Of a stretch of DNA of 64,000 bases, positions 25,780 through 39,315 are shown in pieces. A model generated the notes under the pieces. That model was not told where the DNA came from. It saw only the letters and a list, made by a program, of their open reading frames with translations, and did no database searches. The stretch is from Ylistrum balloti (taxonomy: Eukaryota). The stretch covers positions 1 through 64,000 of the forward strand of contig NW_026782667.1 of NCBI RefSeq assembly GCF_031769215.1, in the 5' to 3' direction. The translations under genes and the position numbers were made by a program. Numbering within the stretch: the stretch's first letter is position 1; each line of letters begins with the position of its first letter.

Positions 25780-26150
25780 GGATTAGACAGGGGATCAGTA
25801 TTGGAAAAATTACAATGATCTGGATCGCATGACTGAGTTGGTGAAGATGTGAAGGTAAAAGATCTGCAAGCAGTGGCGAGAAGGATGTACTCTTACAGGA
25901 CGCATTTAATGTAAATGGCCACAAATTTTACAGTGCATGTTATCCCTCTTAGTGATGACACCATTGTCGACTTTGGTTTATCAAAACAGACTTAATTACG
26001 ATCTTTCTGTACTGTTTCGTATCAATAGTGATTTGATGCCCCGAAAGTGTGACGTTTTCTCTTGCAGTTTTTATGTTTCTTCTATCTTTATTGTATAACG
26101 GTGTTAACAATAAAATTTGAAGGAAAAAAAATTATCAAAAGGAAAAAAAA
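25780..26150 (+). mobile_element. Possible 3' end of a retroposed element (LINE 3' end or retrocopy)
   Basis: Local CpG retention (about 10 CpG in 320 bp), AATAAA at 26109-26114, then an A-rich tail at 26124-26150. The reading frame is broken by stops and I recognised no diagnostic domain. Confidence 0.25.
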
Positions 26151-29100
26151 GATTATCCCAAATGGTTGCGTTGCCTCATAAACATTAAAAGTGGCAGTTA
26201 AAATTTTAAGAGTACATGTAAAGTATTTGTCCTATTGTTGTCAATTAAAGAGTGTTAAAATGTTTTACTGATCCATTCAACACTGAAATTAAAACTCTTT
26301 CAAGACTTGTTCAGTATTTAAACTTTGTTGATTGATAAGCATGTCATATATTTCGAGATATTTTACCTATAAAAGATTTGTTTAGCCTGAGGATACATGT
26401 GTGTCCTCTAGAAGATGTTAAAACCTAACTGCATATCACTTTATCTGTGCATGTGGAATTACAATTCTATCTGCGATATCTAATATTCTATAATTGGAAT
26501 GAGATAAATTGAGAAAGACAGACCAACCTTGGAATTAAACAGTTTTTTCATTAGAATGGTATTGGGTTCTGTTGGGTAAAATTCTGTCCAATGTATCAAT
26601 TGCTGGTTTGTCAAGATGACATGGAGGGTGAAAGATGGCTTTGATGAGTGCTATGTCAGCTCGGTTACGCATGCTGGTCAATTTGACAGTGAAGGAATGC
26701 CGATGAATAAATTTGAATTTCTTGACAATATAAATTTGTCTACACTTAGGTGGTAATCTGTGGTATCAGTTACATTACTGTCTATAAAAGGGAAGACTAA
26801 ACAGGGGTAGACTATGACCATGATATAAATCGTTCGAGCAAAATATGATATTGCTGCCTGACAGCATGTTCTGGACACCTGGTTAGCGCCGCTTTGATCT
26901 TTTCACAACCGACAGAAATCTCCTATGTCAGTCTTTGATACTAGTGACAATACTCACCAGGGACTCAACTCCTTACTTTCCATTGGTAGGTAATACCAAA
27001 ACCTCATGACCAGCAGGGAATTGTCACAGTTGCCCTTTTTTTCTTCCACAAACCTGACATGTACTGATTCTGATCTCTGTGAATACTTTATGGATCAGAG
27101 ATTAGCTGTAATCTTATTGAAAGGTTTGACAAATAATCCAACATGGACATTTTACATTCAGAATGTTTATTGGAATTTATATAAGGATGCCTTTGTGTGT
27201 AGAGAATATGACTTGAGGGGTCTTGGTGGGGAGTGTAATCCCTTAATTCTTACACCAGACACGTTCACAGAACTAGACCAAGTATGATGACAGGCAAACC
27301 AAATCCAGGCTTGATAGGAAGAGTGTAGACAATTGTAATGGTATCATAATGTCAAGGTCATTGGTATCAACCAAAGTATACAAGGTCAAGGTCAACTGTA
27401 TAATGTTGATCACCTTGTTCTTTCAATCTGAAGCAAGTTGATTGCATTTACTGCTTCAAGATCTTTCCATATTCTGAAAATAAGATGTCTTCCAATGCAC
27501 TCCATGGTGAGAAGAGTAACTCTGCTTGAATGTTTTATGATAGAATGGTTTGTCATAGGTAAGTGTATTGAACAGTGTGTTGATGTTAGAACTAATCCTT
27601 TCTACTGACATGATGTGATAATAAGTAACTAATTTAATGTTGAATCCTGCAGCCGCCAATCCTTCCCACAAGGTAGACTGGAAGCTTGCATATATTTTAT
27701 TAATGAAAAAGTGGAAATTGTAATTTGTAATCTGAGCTATGAAGTAAGGTGTCCAGTTTTTCCCCCCATTATGGATAGAGTGGATAAAAGCATGGAGAAA
27801 TTAAACGCTCATTGTATTTCCAACAACATCTGTAATGAGACAATTTTGTAGTCATATACAAGGATTGGTTTGGGATCTGTTGAGCAATGACCTGGTTTGA
27901 TGACCTTCTTGGTTGTTGATCTGGAGTCCTACATCATTAGATTTTGGCACAATTTTGACAAACTGGGGATAATGACAGATATACAAGACATCTCACAAAG
28001 CTTTTCAGGATTAACTCACTAAAATGATTTTGGGGTTTGCCGGTGATCTCAGATATATTTTCACAACTGTTATATTCTTTATTTTTTTGTTTTAAGTTGC
28101 ATTGCAATTTCCTGAACAACTTTAGTGTAACTTAGGGCAGTTTTTCTCTACATTTTCTTCTGATTTTGTATCAATGGATTTTCAGCATCATAGGAATTTT
28201 GAAGATTTTTTTTTGTAAGAACAGGAGAAGGATTGTAAGTGTTGAAGTGAATTTAAGCCTGTATTGTGTGGTGACTGTAGAATCAGTCTGAACATAGAAA
28301 TATGCTGACTGCAACTGTTAAAACTGGTGATCATTGAAAGTGTCTTGTGCTGTCATTAATGGACTAGAATGGTGATCGCAGACGGTGCATTTTCCTCAAT
28401 CAAAACAAGACATTTCACATTTTATACTCAATTTATTAATGCCTTGAGAAGTTTTTAATTTACGGTCAATAAAAAGGAAATTATGAAAATTGTCTGTATT
28501 CAAGAAACATCATCATTATCAGCTAGAACAACTTTGTCTCTGTTTTATTATTTTTCTGTGATAATTACAATTATGGATCCTACGTCCATCAATGGCATAC
28601 AATTTTATGTGTAGAATCATATCTTTTTGCATTTCATTGGATTCTGAGCATTGTGTGTAAAAAGAGAGTGGTAAGCTACCACAAGCCTAAGGGATAGATG
28701 TCAAGGGAATGCCATGGAGAAAGATGTATTACCCTATGATTATTTACACATAAAACCTTGTTTTTATGGTCAGATAATAATAAGTCCTCTTGCTTTGGGG
28801 TGTTTCACTAGCCTGTTATGCTATGGTTAAACTAGGATTGTTTTAGGGTCTTAATCTTTCCAATCCAGCAAACAATACTGGTGACAGGTCCAAACAAAGC
28901 AATATGGAACCCACCAGACAACAAGAGGTGATGTATTTTTAAATCTATATAGGAAAGACATAGTTTTGTCAGTATCAGAAAGCTTCACTGGTTCCTCTTT
29001 AGTATATTGACGATATATTGACTTGTAGGGAGCTCAAGGCTGCAATTTCTTCTGTAGGGAATAATTCATATACTCTCACAGAGAAATGTTATACCATTCC

Positions 29101-29177
29101 AATATTTTCCATTTGATTCTTTGTATGTTTTACTCTGTAATGATGTTAAAAATTACCATATCCTTACAACACAAGGT

Positions 29178-29270
29178 CAGCAAAATTTGCATTTAGGGAC
29201 CATCCTTTTAGACCAAAATGTATTTTTTTTCTATTTTTCTAACACAGGTGGTCTCTTAATACAGGTTCAG
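29178..29270. mobile_element. Short decayed fold-back (MITE-like) element
   Basis: The left arm CAGCAAAATTTGCATTTAGGGACC (29178-29201) is an imperfect inverted repeat of the right arm GGTCTCTTAATACAGGTTCAGTG (about 29250-29272). It resembles CAGT..AACCTG..GACCAC-type invertebrate MITE ends (from recall). Confidence 0.4.
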
Positions 29271-29517
29271 TGGACAAAGGTGTGTCAGCATGGATAACAT
29301 TATAAGTGGGCTCTAACACAGGTGGTCTCTTAATACAGGTTCAATTGACAAAGGTGTGTCAGCATGGATAACATTATAAGTGGGCTCTAACACAGGTGGT
29401 CTCTTAATACAGGTTCAATTGACAAAGGTGTGTCAGCATGGATAACATAAGTGGGTTCTAACACAGGTGGTTTCCTAATACAGGTTTAGTTCACAATGGT
29501 GTGTCAGCATGGATAAG
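29239..29517. repeat. 74-bp tandem repeat, about 3.8 copies
   Basis: AACACAGGTGGTCTCTTAATACAGGTTCAATTGACAAAGG... starts at 29241, 29315, 29389 and 29460. Confidence 0.97.
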
Positions 29518-30270
29518 ATTGATGTGGTCTATTAAACACATGTGGCCTCTTGATGTGAAACTGCAGCAATAATTGTACTTTGCCATGAGACTTTTTATTT
29601 TGATTAAGGGTATCTCCTCTGTAGTCTTGGGTAATATCAGCTTTTCTCTTATGTTGTTTTTTCCAGAATTGGCATCATTTCATTTTTTCTTAACAGCCGA
29701 GCTATTTTTGTAAGCATGTTTGCACTGCTATCAAATTTGAAAAAAAGAAAGAAATTTTGAATATAAAAAGTGACAGTTTTGCAGATAATTGGTTGTATTT
29801 TCAATATGAAACATGAATTTTATTCCAGAATTGGCTGGCAGAATGAATAATATGTCTCTGGCCCCCTCCTCAGCTCTGAGTCCTATCTTCTCAGTAATAA
29901 ATCTACTTTTAGTGGAACAAATATGTCTTGAATGAAACAGTTTATATGGAAGCTCCCGTCTCCAACTAGGCAGGGAGATGAATCGAACTGAAAGAAGACT
30001 CAGACAAAAGTCAAATACATGATAAGGTGAAGTGATATATTTAGAGGGCATTAAGTTGGATAGTTAACTAATAAACGGCTTTAAATGGGGACAAGATAAT
30101 TTCATAAGGTCAGTGATGTAATAAATTTTGTTTTTAACTCTTTCTTAATCTCAATGATAATTTTAATGACATTTGTGACAAGTTATCATTTAATACAAAA
30201 TCCTCTACACCTGACAGGTTCATAGTGATGTGACTTGTCCAGTTATAGGGAGAATGCTAGTACAAATGTG

Positions 30271-30951
30271 AAAATACCTGTGGATTTTACGCTCAGGATG
30301 ATATAAACTGTCTGTTACCAGGGAAAATACCAGTGGGTTTCACACTCAGGACGATATAAACTGTCTATTACCAGGAAAAATACCAGTGGATTTCACACTC
30401 AGGATGATATAAACTGTCTATTACCAGGAAAAATACCAGTAGATTTCACACTCGGCGATATAAACTGTCTATTACCAGGACAAATACCAGTAGATTTCAC
30501 ACTCGGCAATATAAACTGTCTATTACCAGGACAAATACCAGTAGATTTCACACTCAGGATGATATAAACGGTCTGTTACCAGGACAAATACCAGTAGATT
30601 TCACACTCAGGATGATATAAACCGTCTGTTACCAGGACAAATACCAGTGGGTTTCACACTCAGGACGATATAAACTGTCTATTACCAGGACAAATACCAG
30701 TAGATTTCACACTCAGGATGATATAAACCGTCTGTTACCAGGACAAATACCAGTAGATTTCACACTCAGGATGATATAAACCGTCTGTTACCAGGACAAA
30801 TACCAGTGGGTTTCACACTCAGGATGATATAAACTGTCTATTACCAGGACAAATACCAGTAGATTTCACACTCAGGATGATATAAACTGTCTATTATCAG
30901 GACAAATACCAGTAGATTTCACACTCAGGATGATATAAACCGTCTGTTACC
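30271..30951. repeat. 53-bp minisatellite, about 13 copies
   Basis: Unit ACCAGGACAAATACCAGTAGATTTCACACTCAGGATGATATAAACTGTCTATT. Confidence 0.98.
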
Positions 30952-31212
30952 GGTTTTAAATGTTAGTTTATCAGACTATCTTCATCAATGAAATATTTTT
31001 GCATTTATCCCGGTATAAATAGATTGATTAGACATGAAGGACAGCTACAAAGTAAGACTTCTACTAATACATCATATGAAAGGTTACAAAAACCTAGTCA
31101 GGGGGTGAAAAGCCAGTATGGAGCCATGTGTTAAGGATGTTTTTGTGTTGTAACTGAAATCAAAACCATCTCATCCTAAGCTGCTATTATCAATATATCT
31201 AATTGAATTTGC

Positions 31213-31231
31213 AAAAAAAAAAAAAAAAAAA
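31213..31231 (+). repeat. Poly(A)19 tract
   Basis: Uninterrupted A run read directly from the sequence. Confidence 0.9.
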
Positions 31232-34200
31232 GTCACCAAATCTCAGTCAGTATGAAGATTTTTGAATGACTATCAAAATGGCTGAGTGCACTTTTCTCAC
31301 CCTTTGATGTTGCATGAATAAAATTTTGAATCCTCTGACGTATTTTATTTCTCTTATCGTCCTAAGTGTGAAATCCGCTGATATTTTTCCTGAGTGGATG
31401 TATTAAGAATAAAGCATTCCTTGTGTGTACTATCTGCTACTGTGATCTAACCAGATCATCATCTCCAGGAATTGTGCTGTGCTATACAACACCTGTCTAC
31501 ATTTCTATCTTATATTGGCATGCAAGGGCAGATTGAACATTCTCATGTTTCATTTCTGTTTTTATTGGATTTTTAAGGAGTTTTGAAAATTTAATTAAAA
31601 AGGGGGTCATATTTAATTGCTTACCAGACTTTAATACACTCAGTCTTATGAAAAAAAAATTCATCTCATGTCTGATTAACTTGAGCCAGTTGAATGGGTA
31701 ACATCTGATCTGAGTCTCTGAAACCAAGAAACATGTATAGATTCCAGATTGCATTTGTGTAAAATGAACCTGTGTGGTCTATAAACAGATTCATTCTCAC
31801 AAAATGGTTCATCCTGAAGTTTCTCGATATACAATATGGAAGGCTTTAAAACTGTTGGAATATGAAACATTTTCAGTTTCACACACAACACTGCAACTTT
31901 AAGATGAATTCTTTTTAACATTCATTTGAAAAAAAAAAATATCATTTTGCTTTCCAGCACTTCAAATTTAAATAACACTAGATAATGATCAGTAGGACAG
32001 CAAGATACATGTAGACAGATACATTATGTAGAAAAATAGTTTTAGCGGATGTTTTAACGAACACCTTCGATATCAGCAGATCTAGATGTATATCCTGCAT
32101 CATATCAGAGCTTGCATCATTTTAGTGGGTGTAGTTTTGTCCGTACATGCATACGATACTAAATGGTGTTTTCATTTAAATTTGAACACCTTTATGAGAG
32201 GCTTAAGTAAATATTCATAATGTGTTGTAAAATGTGCAGCAGAGTGGTATAAACACATTACACATAGAGGCCTGTTATCGGCTGTTATAATATTTCCCGC
32301 ATTATGTTCTCACCAGATGCATTTCTAAATTGTGGAGGACATTGATCAAAAATCAGATAAGCGTCTTGAATAACATGACTGTCTACAGAATAGAGATCAC
32401 ATTATGTCAATGTCTTTAAGCAAACGCTGTAACTGTAAAAAGACGGCCCCTCTATCTGTTATCAAAATTTTACAGGATTTGGAAATGACTGCACGTGTAC
32501 AATGAAATGTATATATGGAAACTTCAGATGTAATTAAACAAAAGTTTGCATAATCACTTCTATCTTGATCATGTGTTCACTTCGGATGAGCACACATCTC
32601 ATAGAGTCCTCAGTCCATTGTCACAGTCAATCGCATCTCGTAACTCGATACAACACCAACCGCTTTATGAATAACATTGAGAAATTTCTGGGGACCAATG
32701 AAACATTCATGACTGCAAAATTCGTAATGGAAAATTGGATGATGTGAAATGTGTCGCTGGCGTGGTAATATGTAAGGGAGATGTATGAGGTTGGGGAAGC
32801 GGCTGTACAGAGCATTGGGGGTATACCCTGTCACTGTAACTTAAAATCATAGCCTGAAATACCTGCCCGATTAGAATTATAGCTATACACATATTGTATT
32901 GTCACTGTGTGCTGGACTCTGCAGGGCTTAGGAATAATACATTAGAAAGTGATAACAACCTATATTGATCCAGCCCAGGGAAGGATCAGAGGTGGCCGAT
33001 TTCCATGATACTGTGATGGAAATCTACACTTGATATGCACTTATCTTTATTTGGGTGTATTTATTATAATCCAATCCATCATAGACATCATTTTTATGTC
33101 GGCTATCAGCCCTGGTGATATCTGCACATCATATGAGAATGTTTCTAATTCCAGTATCTTAGCATCAGCGTCATCAAGTTCTCTGAATATGAGCAGATTA
33201 AAGGAAGTTTACACATCTGATCATATAATCTGTTTGGCCCGTTTGAATATTATGATGATTGAGGAGTTCCATTAGGTCTTTTGTTGATGAGGAAAAGACT
33301 ACCACACCCATGACTGATTCACTGTGAATACAGGTGTTTTTACATTAAACACTTTGTCACAACAAGACTAATTCTAGAGCTTGGCAATTTGTTGTCCTTA
33401 AAGAATCTATTGTGTCATTGCCATGTAATGAAATCTATAAATTTAGCTTTTGTATACGGGTGAAAATCATTTATCATTATCAATTCATGATGGTTGTCTG
33501 TGTCAGTAACATTTACTGAAAGTTAGGTGTGATTCTATACCTTACATACGTTGCATTTATATTGAGTTTAAGTGGATAAAAACCTACATATAAAGGCTCC
33601 ATTTGTGTAATATCTTAAGCGCTCGGCATAATTCTTATGTTTTTCCTGCTTCAAGCAATGATGATGAGCTAGGGGAATTTACCTGGAAATGATTTATATA
33701 TATAAATATTGTTAAACTAATGGGAATAACTGCTTTAATTAGCATTACTAAAACATTAGTGTGTATAGCTATTTCAGCTATTTATTAACTTTTTCTTCAA
33801 GTTTTTTAAAAAGTTTTTTATTTGAGAATGAGATTTGTTTTCTGAACATTGGTAGAAGAGATGCTATGGTAATTGAAAATCATCAAGGGATCAGGTAACT
33901 TTGTTTCAGTATCAATGGTTCTGGTTAATGTTGATGCGTGATGGGCCACCTGCTTCGAGACCTGGTGGGGTCAGCTCTTTTACACATAGTTCCAATGTAC
34001 ACTTCAAAATTTCCTCTGTCTAAAGCTGCATTTCCGGTGGTTTGGAAACCATGCAGGTTAGGTGTGTGGTTGTGACAACCATGTTACATGTTAGCAAGGA
34101 CTTTTAGGATGCACACTTGCATGTTTTCACGGTAACTGTCAGATAGCATTTACATTTGGTTGCAAATTTCTGGCATTAAGTGCAGACGTCAGGAACTCTT

Positions 34201-36298
34201 GCTGAAGGAGAAGGATTTTGTCAGATATGGAACTCTCCTGACATGGACCACAAAAATATCAGTTGGTAAATGTCATTGTGTTTGGGTGCAACAAATTAAA
34301 AGTTTACATGAATTCATAATAATTTGTAAATGTATTAAAAAAAATTGTTAGGAATTTTCACAGATTTGGTATTAAGCCTTTTGAAAACTACTAGATCAGA
34401 CCAATGTCTTCTCTTTGAAAACGGGCTTCAAAATTTACTGGTAGCTACCGTAATCTCAAGATATTCAACATGACAGTCATAATTAAGATTCATTAAGTGG
34501 TTGAGAAATACATGACAGTCATGTATAAGATATGTTTAAGTGTTTGAAAAATACTTACTCCATAGAGATTTAGAGAAATAATGATAAGTTTTCAATCAAA
34601 CACACACTCACCACTCCTCACACACCACCACCACCACATATATATGTCTTACTTAGACAAAGACAAAATGTTTTTAAATATCAAGAAAAAGTTTCTCAGC
34701 AAGGAAGGGTATTTGATATCTATATATTATAGGACATTAAGATAAATCTTTTGATGCTTTTGTTTAACAACACACTTCTATGTTAGATTCTGTTGCAAGA
34801 GACACAATGGTTGTTTTGAGAGAATTTCTTTCAATGACAAATTATGCCTGTCCTAGCTGGTAAGATAACATTTGGGCAGATCAGTAACACTAGCAAGATA
34901 TAGTGTTTTGAAGAATTTCCATTACCCCAGATTACCAAGTCATCAAAACATTTGTGGGATCGTGGAGTGTCTAGGTCATCAAAAGGTTTGGTGTAGGTTC
35001 TGGGTGTCTGGCAGTCAGGATGTTGATAGATCAGTTAATTGTAATCTTGGGATAAAAAATGAGAATGTTGTTTTTGTACATAGGTACCTGGATGGTAATG
35101 AAGACGACTTTGATAATTATTTCAATGACCACCTTTCAATTCAATATCAAAATCTAGTTCTATTTCATTCATAACCAATCCTATTTCAAGTAGGATTTCA
35201 GTGTTCATTTGTTTCAGTGAAAAAAATATGTTAGTCTCTCTGTATATCATTTTTACAACTCATTTTATTGGTTTGTTATATTATGTGTTAGAATTCTCAT
35301 TGTTTCACTGCTTTCTATCTTGGAATATTTGGACAATTTAATGGAACATAAACATGAAAGTGTTTTTGATATAATCCAGGTAGATCATGATAGCTACATG
35401 TACTCGTGACAAAACCTGTAACCTAGCTGCATCTCCTGAGCTGGAAATCTCCCAATAGATCTTCACTACTCAATCATTAAATTATTGGATTTTTGTCGGT
35501 ATCGAAATGATATGAATGACATTTTATGATATTAGGATCTAAATATAAGACATCTATATACAAGTGTATGAAGGTTTGGAGAGAGTGCATCTATAAATAG
35601 TGTAGCAAGTGAGGAAATGTAAGGTTTTAATCCTAGGTATATGATCGCATATGTTTACCTGTAGACAAAATGATTGATAGACAGATAAAACTAAAGCCAT
35701 CACTGGCAAAAAGTCTAATGGCACTCTATAAACACTGGGTTTATGGTGGAATCATGGCCATGCATGGAGCTAGTGGTACAACCAGAATGTTGGAGAAAAA
35801 TGGTTTTCAACTAGAAGATAGCAATAGTTCAAAAGTACAAACTGTAAATAGTGACCCTTTCTTATCTTATTTGGCAGAGCTTCAGTTTGGACATTTACTT
35901 TTCATAAATGTAAACATTGTCTAATTTATACAGTTATTGGAACAGTTTGTATGTCTACTGATTATCATGAGAGAATTCTAGTGAAGGATGTTTGTCTTTT
36001 CAATATGGCACCTTGTAAGTAAGTTGATAATTCATGATACCGACCTTAATGATGACTTGGATGGCAGGGTTATCTGGTGAGTTTGACTTTGAAAAATTGT
36101 TGTATCATGATGGTTGACATAAAAACATATCATTTATGTACAATTAGAAAAAAAGAGGTATGTTGACTACTAAAACTTGGGAGAGAAATGAGACTGTTTA
36201 TACAGAAGGAACCCTATCCACAACTGGTACAGTATTCATTCCAATAAATGTTCAGAATATCCTTAGAGGGATAAGTAGAGTAAAAGAAGGGGATAAGG

Positions 36299-36566
36299 AT
36301 GGTTATGTGACGCAGTGGTAACACACTTGATTTTCACCTAGCCGTCTGGGGTTAGATTCCCAGAATGGATGTTAAAACGTATGGGGGTCACCTGCACCCA
36401 TTCACCCCCCACCCCCACACCCCCATCCAGCCCCAGTGCTCTGGTTTCCTTCCACAGTAAGATTTGTGCACTTGCATCCATGCAGGCTGACAGTGATTAA
36501 TAGATTAATATAAGCTAATAGTTTCTTTTCGCAATTGTTGTAGAATAAATGAAGTTTATATATATA
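36299..36566 (+). mobile_element. tRNA-derived SINE (near full length, decayed)
   Basis: A-box-like TGACGCAGTGG at 36308-36318 and B-box-like GGTTAGATTCC at 36350-36360. The central motif CTCTGGTTTCCTTCCACAG (36439-36457) resembles the conserved GGTTTCCTCCCAC SINE central-domain motif. The tail CAATTGTTGTAGAATAAATGAAGTTT is followed by (AT)n. Confidence 0.7.
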
Positions 36567-37995
36567 AGGAGTATGTAGGTGAAAAGGGAAGATGAAATGA
36601 TAGATGACAAGGATTAAAGGACTGGATTCCGCTACCTAAAAATCATCAACCAGTTTAGTGTGCAATATGTGAAGGATATGTGGGGGATGAGAATAGACAG
36701 ATTGATGTCAGGAACAGTCTGACATGTGTATTTGTTGTCCAACACACTCCGGTCACTATTTACACCACTGGTCAGTGTGTCTTATCACCTATAAATCTCT
36801 GGTCAGATGGATCAAGGTGTCAACAGCTAGCTGCTAAAGGCCATTTTATGTCCAGTTTATGGAAATTTTAAACCCATTACACACATCTCGGACAGGCCAG
36901 CTAATGGCTTGTTTTCTACTTTTCAACTATTGTAGGCTAATAATGGATATATAATCATGTTCACAATTCAGATTTTGACAATGTTTGTTCATTTAGAATG
37001 ATACCAGATATATCTGGCCTCAAGTTGTCATGATACTGACAGTGAAGAAAAAGAGCACAGTTTGTACCTCTGTGAGTGTTGACCATCTGACAAGGAAAAG
37101 GTTCCTGTCAATAAGAATGTTATTGGAGACTCAGATGTACCATCGTCAATCAGATCTTTCTTTGTTGGATTTCTCTTATATCAACAACATATAACACCAC
37201 CATGTGTCACTTCATTATTGAAAAAAATAATGGTATGTTTTTCTTGTAATTTAAGAATTTCCAATGAAAATCCACTACTTTTCTAAACTTTTGATTTAGA
37301 AAAGAAATGATTGAAATAGCTCTTTTTGGCCTCTCTGAAGTCTGAAGTAGCACTTTCCCAGATATGTCATTTAGAAATGTTTTGATTTAATTTTTTCTCA
37401 AGGAGTTGTTAGAATGATATCTTCAGGCGTGGAAATTTGATCTTCGGAGTTATTGACTTAGTGTGTGAGCTCGGCTTTGATAGCTACAGATACCTTCTGC
37501 TGACAGCTAAGTGTTGTTCAAATGGGAAAGGTTTGTTTCAGGTGCTTTAACCTTGGAAAAAAATCATACCTTCTGTCAAAATACTGCCATTGATTTCATA
37601 AGTAATTGACATGAGCAGACAGTGATACCCTAGTTAAAGATCAACATATTTTATCCAATAAAATGCCATCATGTCGGTATCGCTGCTGATAACACCGAGT
37701 TTCTTTGCATTATTTACATAGTTTTTATTACGCTGGAAAACCTTGGAGTGGAAAAATAAAGCTTAGGTGTAGTATATGAGGTTTTAATGTCATTTGTCTG
37801 TAAAAATTTGCAGAAATAATCAGCTTTAAAGGTTAATGTGACAAAAAAGGTAACTTATCTGAACTCAGAATGATCGAATGGAAAGGTATAAGAATAATGA
37901 TGATATAGGCGATAAATCAACAGATGATGGCTACAATTCATTTGTAATGCTAAATAATGACACTATTTATGTTTCAATTTCTTCAAATGCCAATG

Positions 37996-38887
37996 AAGGC
38001 TCTCAATCTGTATTCTAACTAAAGATACCAAATAAGGCTCTCAATCTGTATTCTGACTAAAGATACCAAATAAGGCTCTCAATCTGTATTCTGACTAAAG
38101 ATACCAAATAAGGCTCTCAATCTGTATTCTAACTAAAGATACCAAATAAGGCTCTCAATCTGTATTCTGACTAAAGATACCAAATAAGGCTCTCTGTCTG
38201 TATTCTGACTAAAGATACCAAATAAGGCTCTCAATCTGTATTCTGACTGAAGATACCAAATAAGGCTCTCAATCTGTATTCTAACTAAAAATAAAAAATA
38301 AGGCTCTCAATCTGTATTCTAACTAAAGATACCAAATAAGGCTCTCAATCTGTATTCTGACTAAAGATACCAAATAAGGCTCTCAATCTGTATTCTAACT
38401 AAAGATACCAAATAAGGCTCTCAATCTGTATTCTGACTAAAGATACCAAATAAGGCTCTCTGTCTGTATTCTGACTGAAGATACCAAATAAGGCTCTCAA
38501 TCTGTATTCTAACTAAAAATAAAAAATAAGGCTCTCAATCTGTATTCTAACTAAAGATACCAAATAAGGCTCTCAATCTGTATTCTGACTAAAGATACCA
38601 AATAAGGCTCTCAATCTGTATTCTGACTAAAGATACCAAATAAGGCTCTCAATCTGTATTCTGACTAAAGATACCAAATAAGGCTCTCAATCTGTATTCT
38701 GACTAAAGATACCAAATAAGGCTCTCAATCTGTATTCTGACTAAAGATACCAAATAAGGCTCTCAATCTGTATTCTGACTAAAGATACCAAATAAGGCTC
38801 TCAATCTGTATTCTGACTAAAGATACCAAATAAGGCTCTCAATCTGTATTCTGACTAAAGATACCAAATAAGGCTCTCAATCTGTAT
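37996..38887. repeat. 38-bp minisatellite, about 23.5 copies
   Basis: Unit AAGGCTCTCAATCTGTATTCTGACTAAAGATACCAAAT, with starts every 38 bp from 37996. Confidence 0.98.
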
Positions 38888-39315
38888 GCTGTAAATGGAT
38901 ATTTTTGTCTATAGAAAAAGATTTAGATTATCGATATGTGTTTGGAGTAGGTTGTCTACAGCCACCAACCAGATCAAAGATGTCAGTGTCAATTCACAAA
39001 CATTACAGATCCTTGTGCAAATACAAAGATAAGGTAACAGTTGATCACGAAAATGGTTGGATCTCAAGATGGAAATTGGTTACAATTGAAGTTCAAAAGG
39101 TCATCAGTTTAAAGGACAAAGTAGACACCCATGTGATCAGCTGATGATTTCTATTGAAGTCTCATTGTTTTACTCTAAACATTCAGAGTACCGGTGTGTT
39201 GGGGTCATCAAAACACTTGACCATTCTTGCTTATTAATTTGTAGGGAGACCAGTTGCCTTTACACACATTGAATATATATACTTGTATAAAAAGGCCAGA
39301 TTTCTTCTTAAAAAT

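Noticed and set aside
33060-33290. Minus-strand frame FRELDDADAKILELETFSYDVQISPGL, faintly caspase-like
   Set aside because: Similarity is too weak, with no catalytic His/Cys motifs; only BLASTX could rescue it.
35066-35090. Possible recursive splice point TTTTTGTACATAG|GTACCT
   Set aside because: The donor half is weak and such AG|GT words are common; it would need saw-tooth nascent RNA evidence.
36299-36365. Intact tRNA gene
   Set aside because: The B box is mutated, there is no cloverleaf or poly-T terminator, and it continues into a SINE body and tail.
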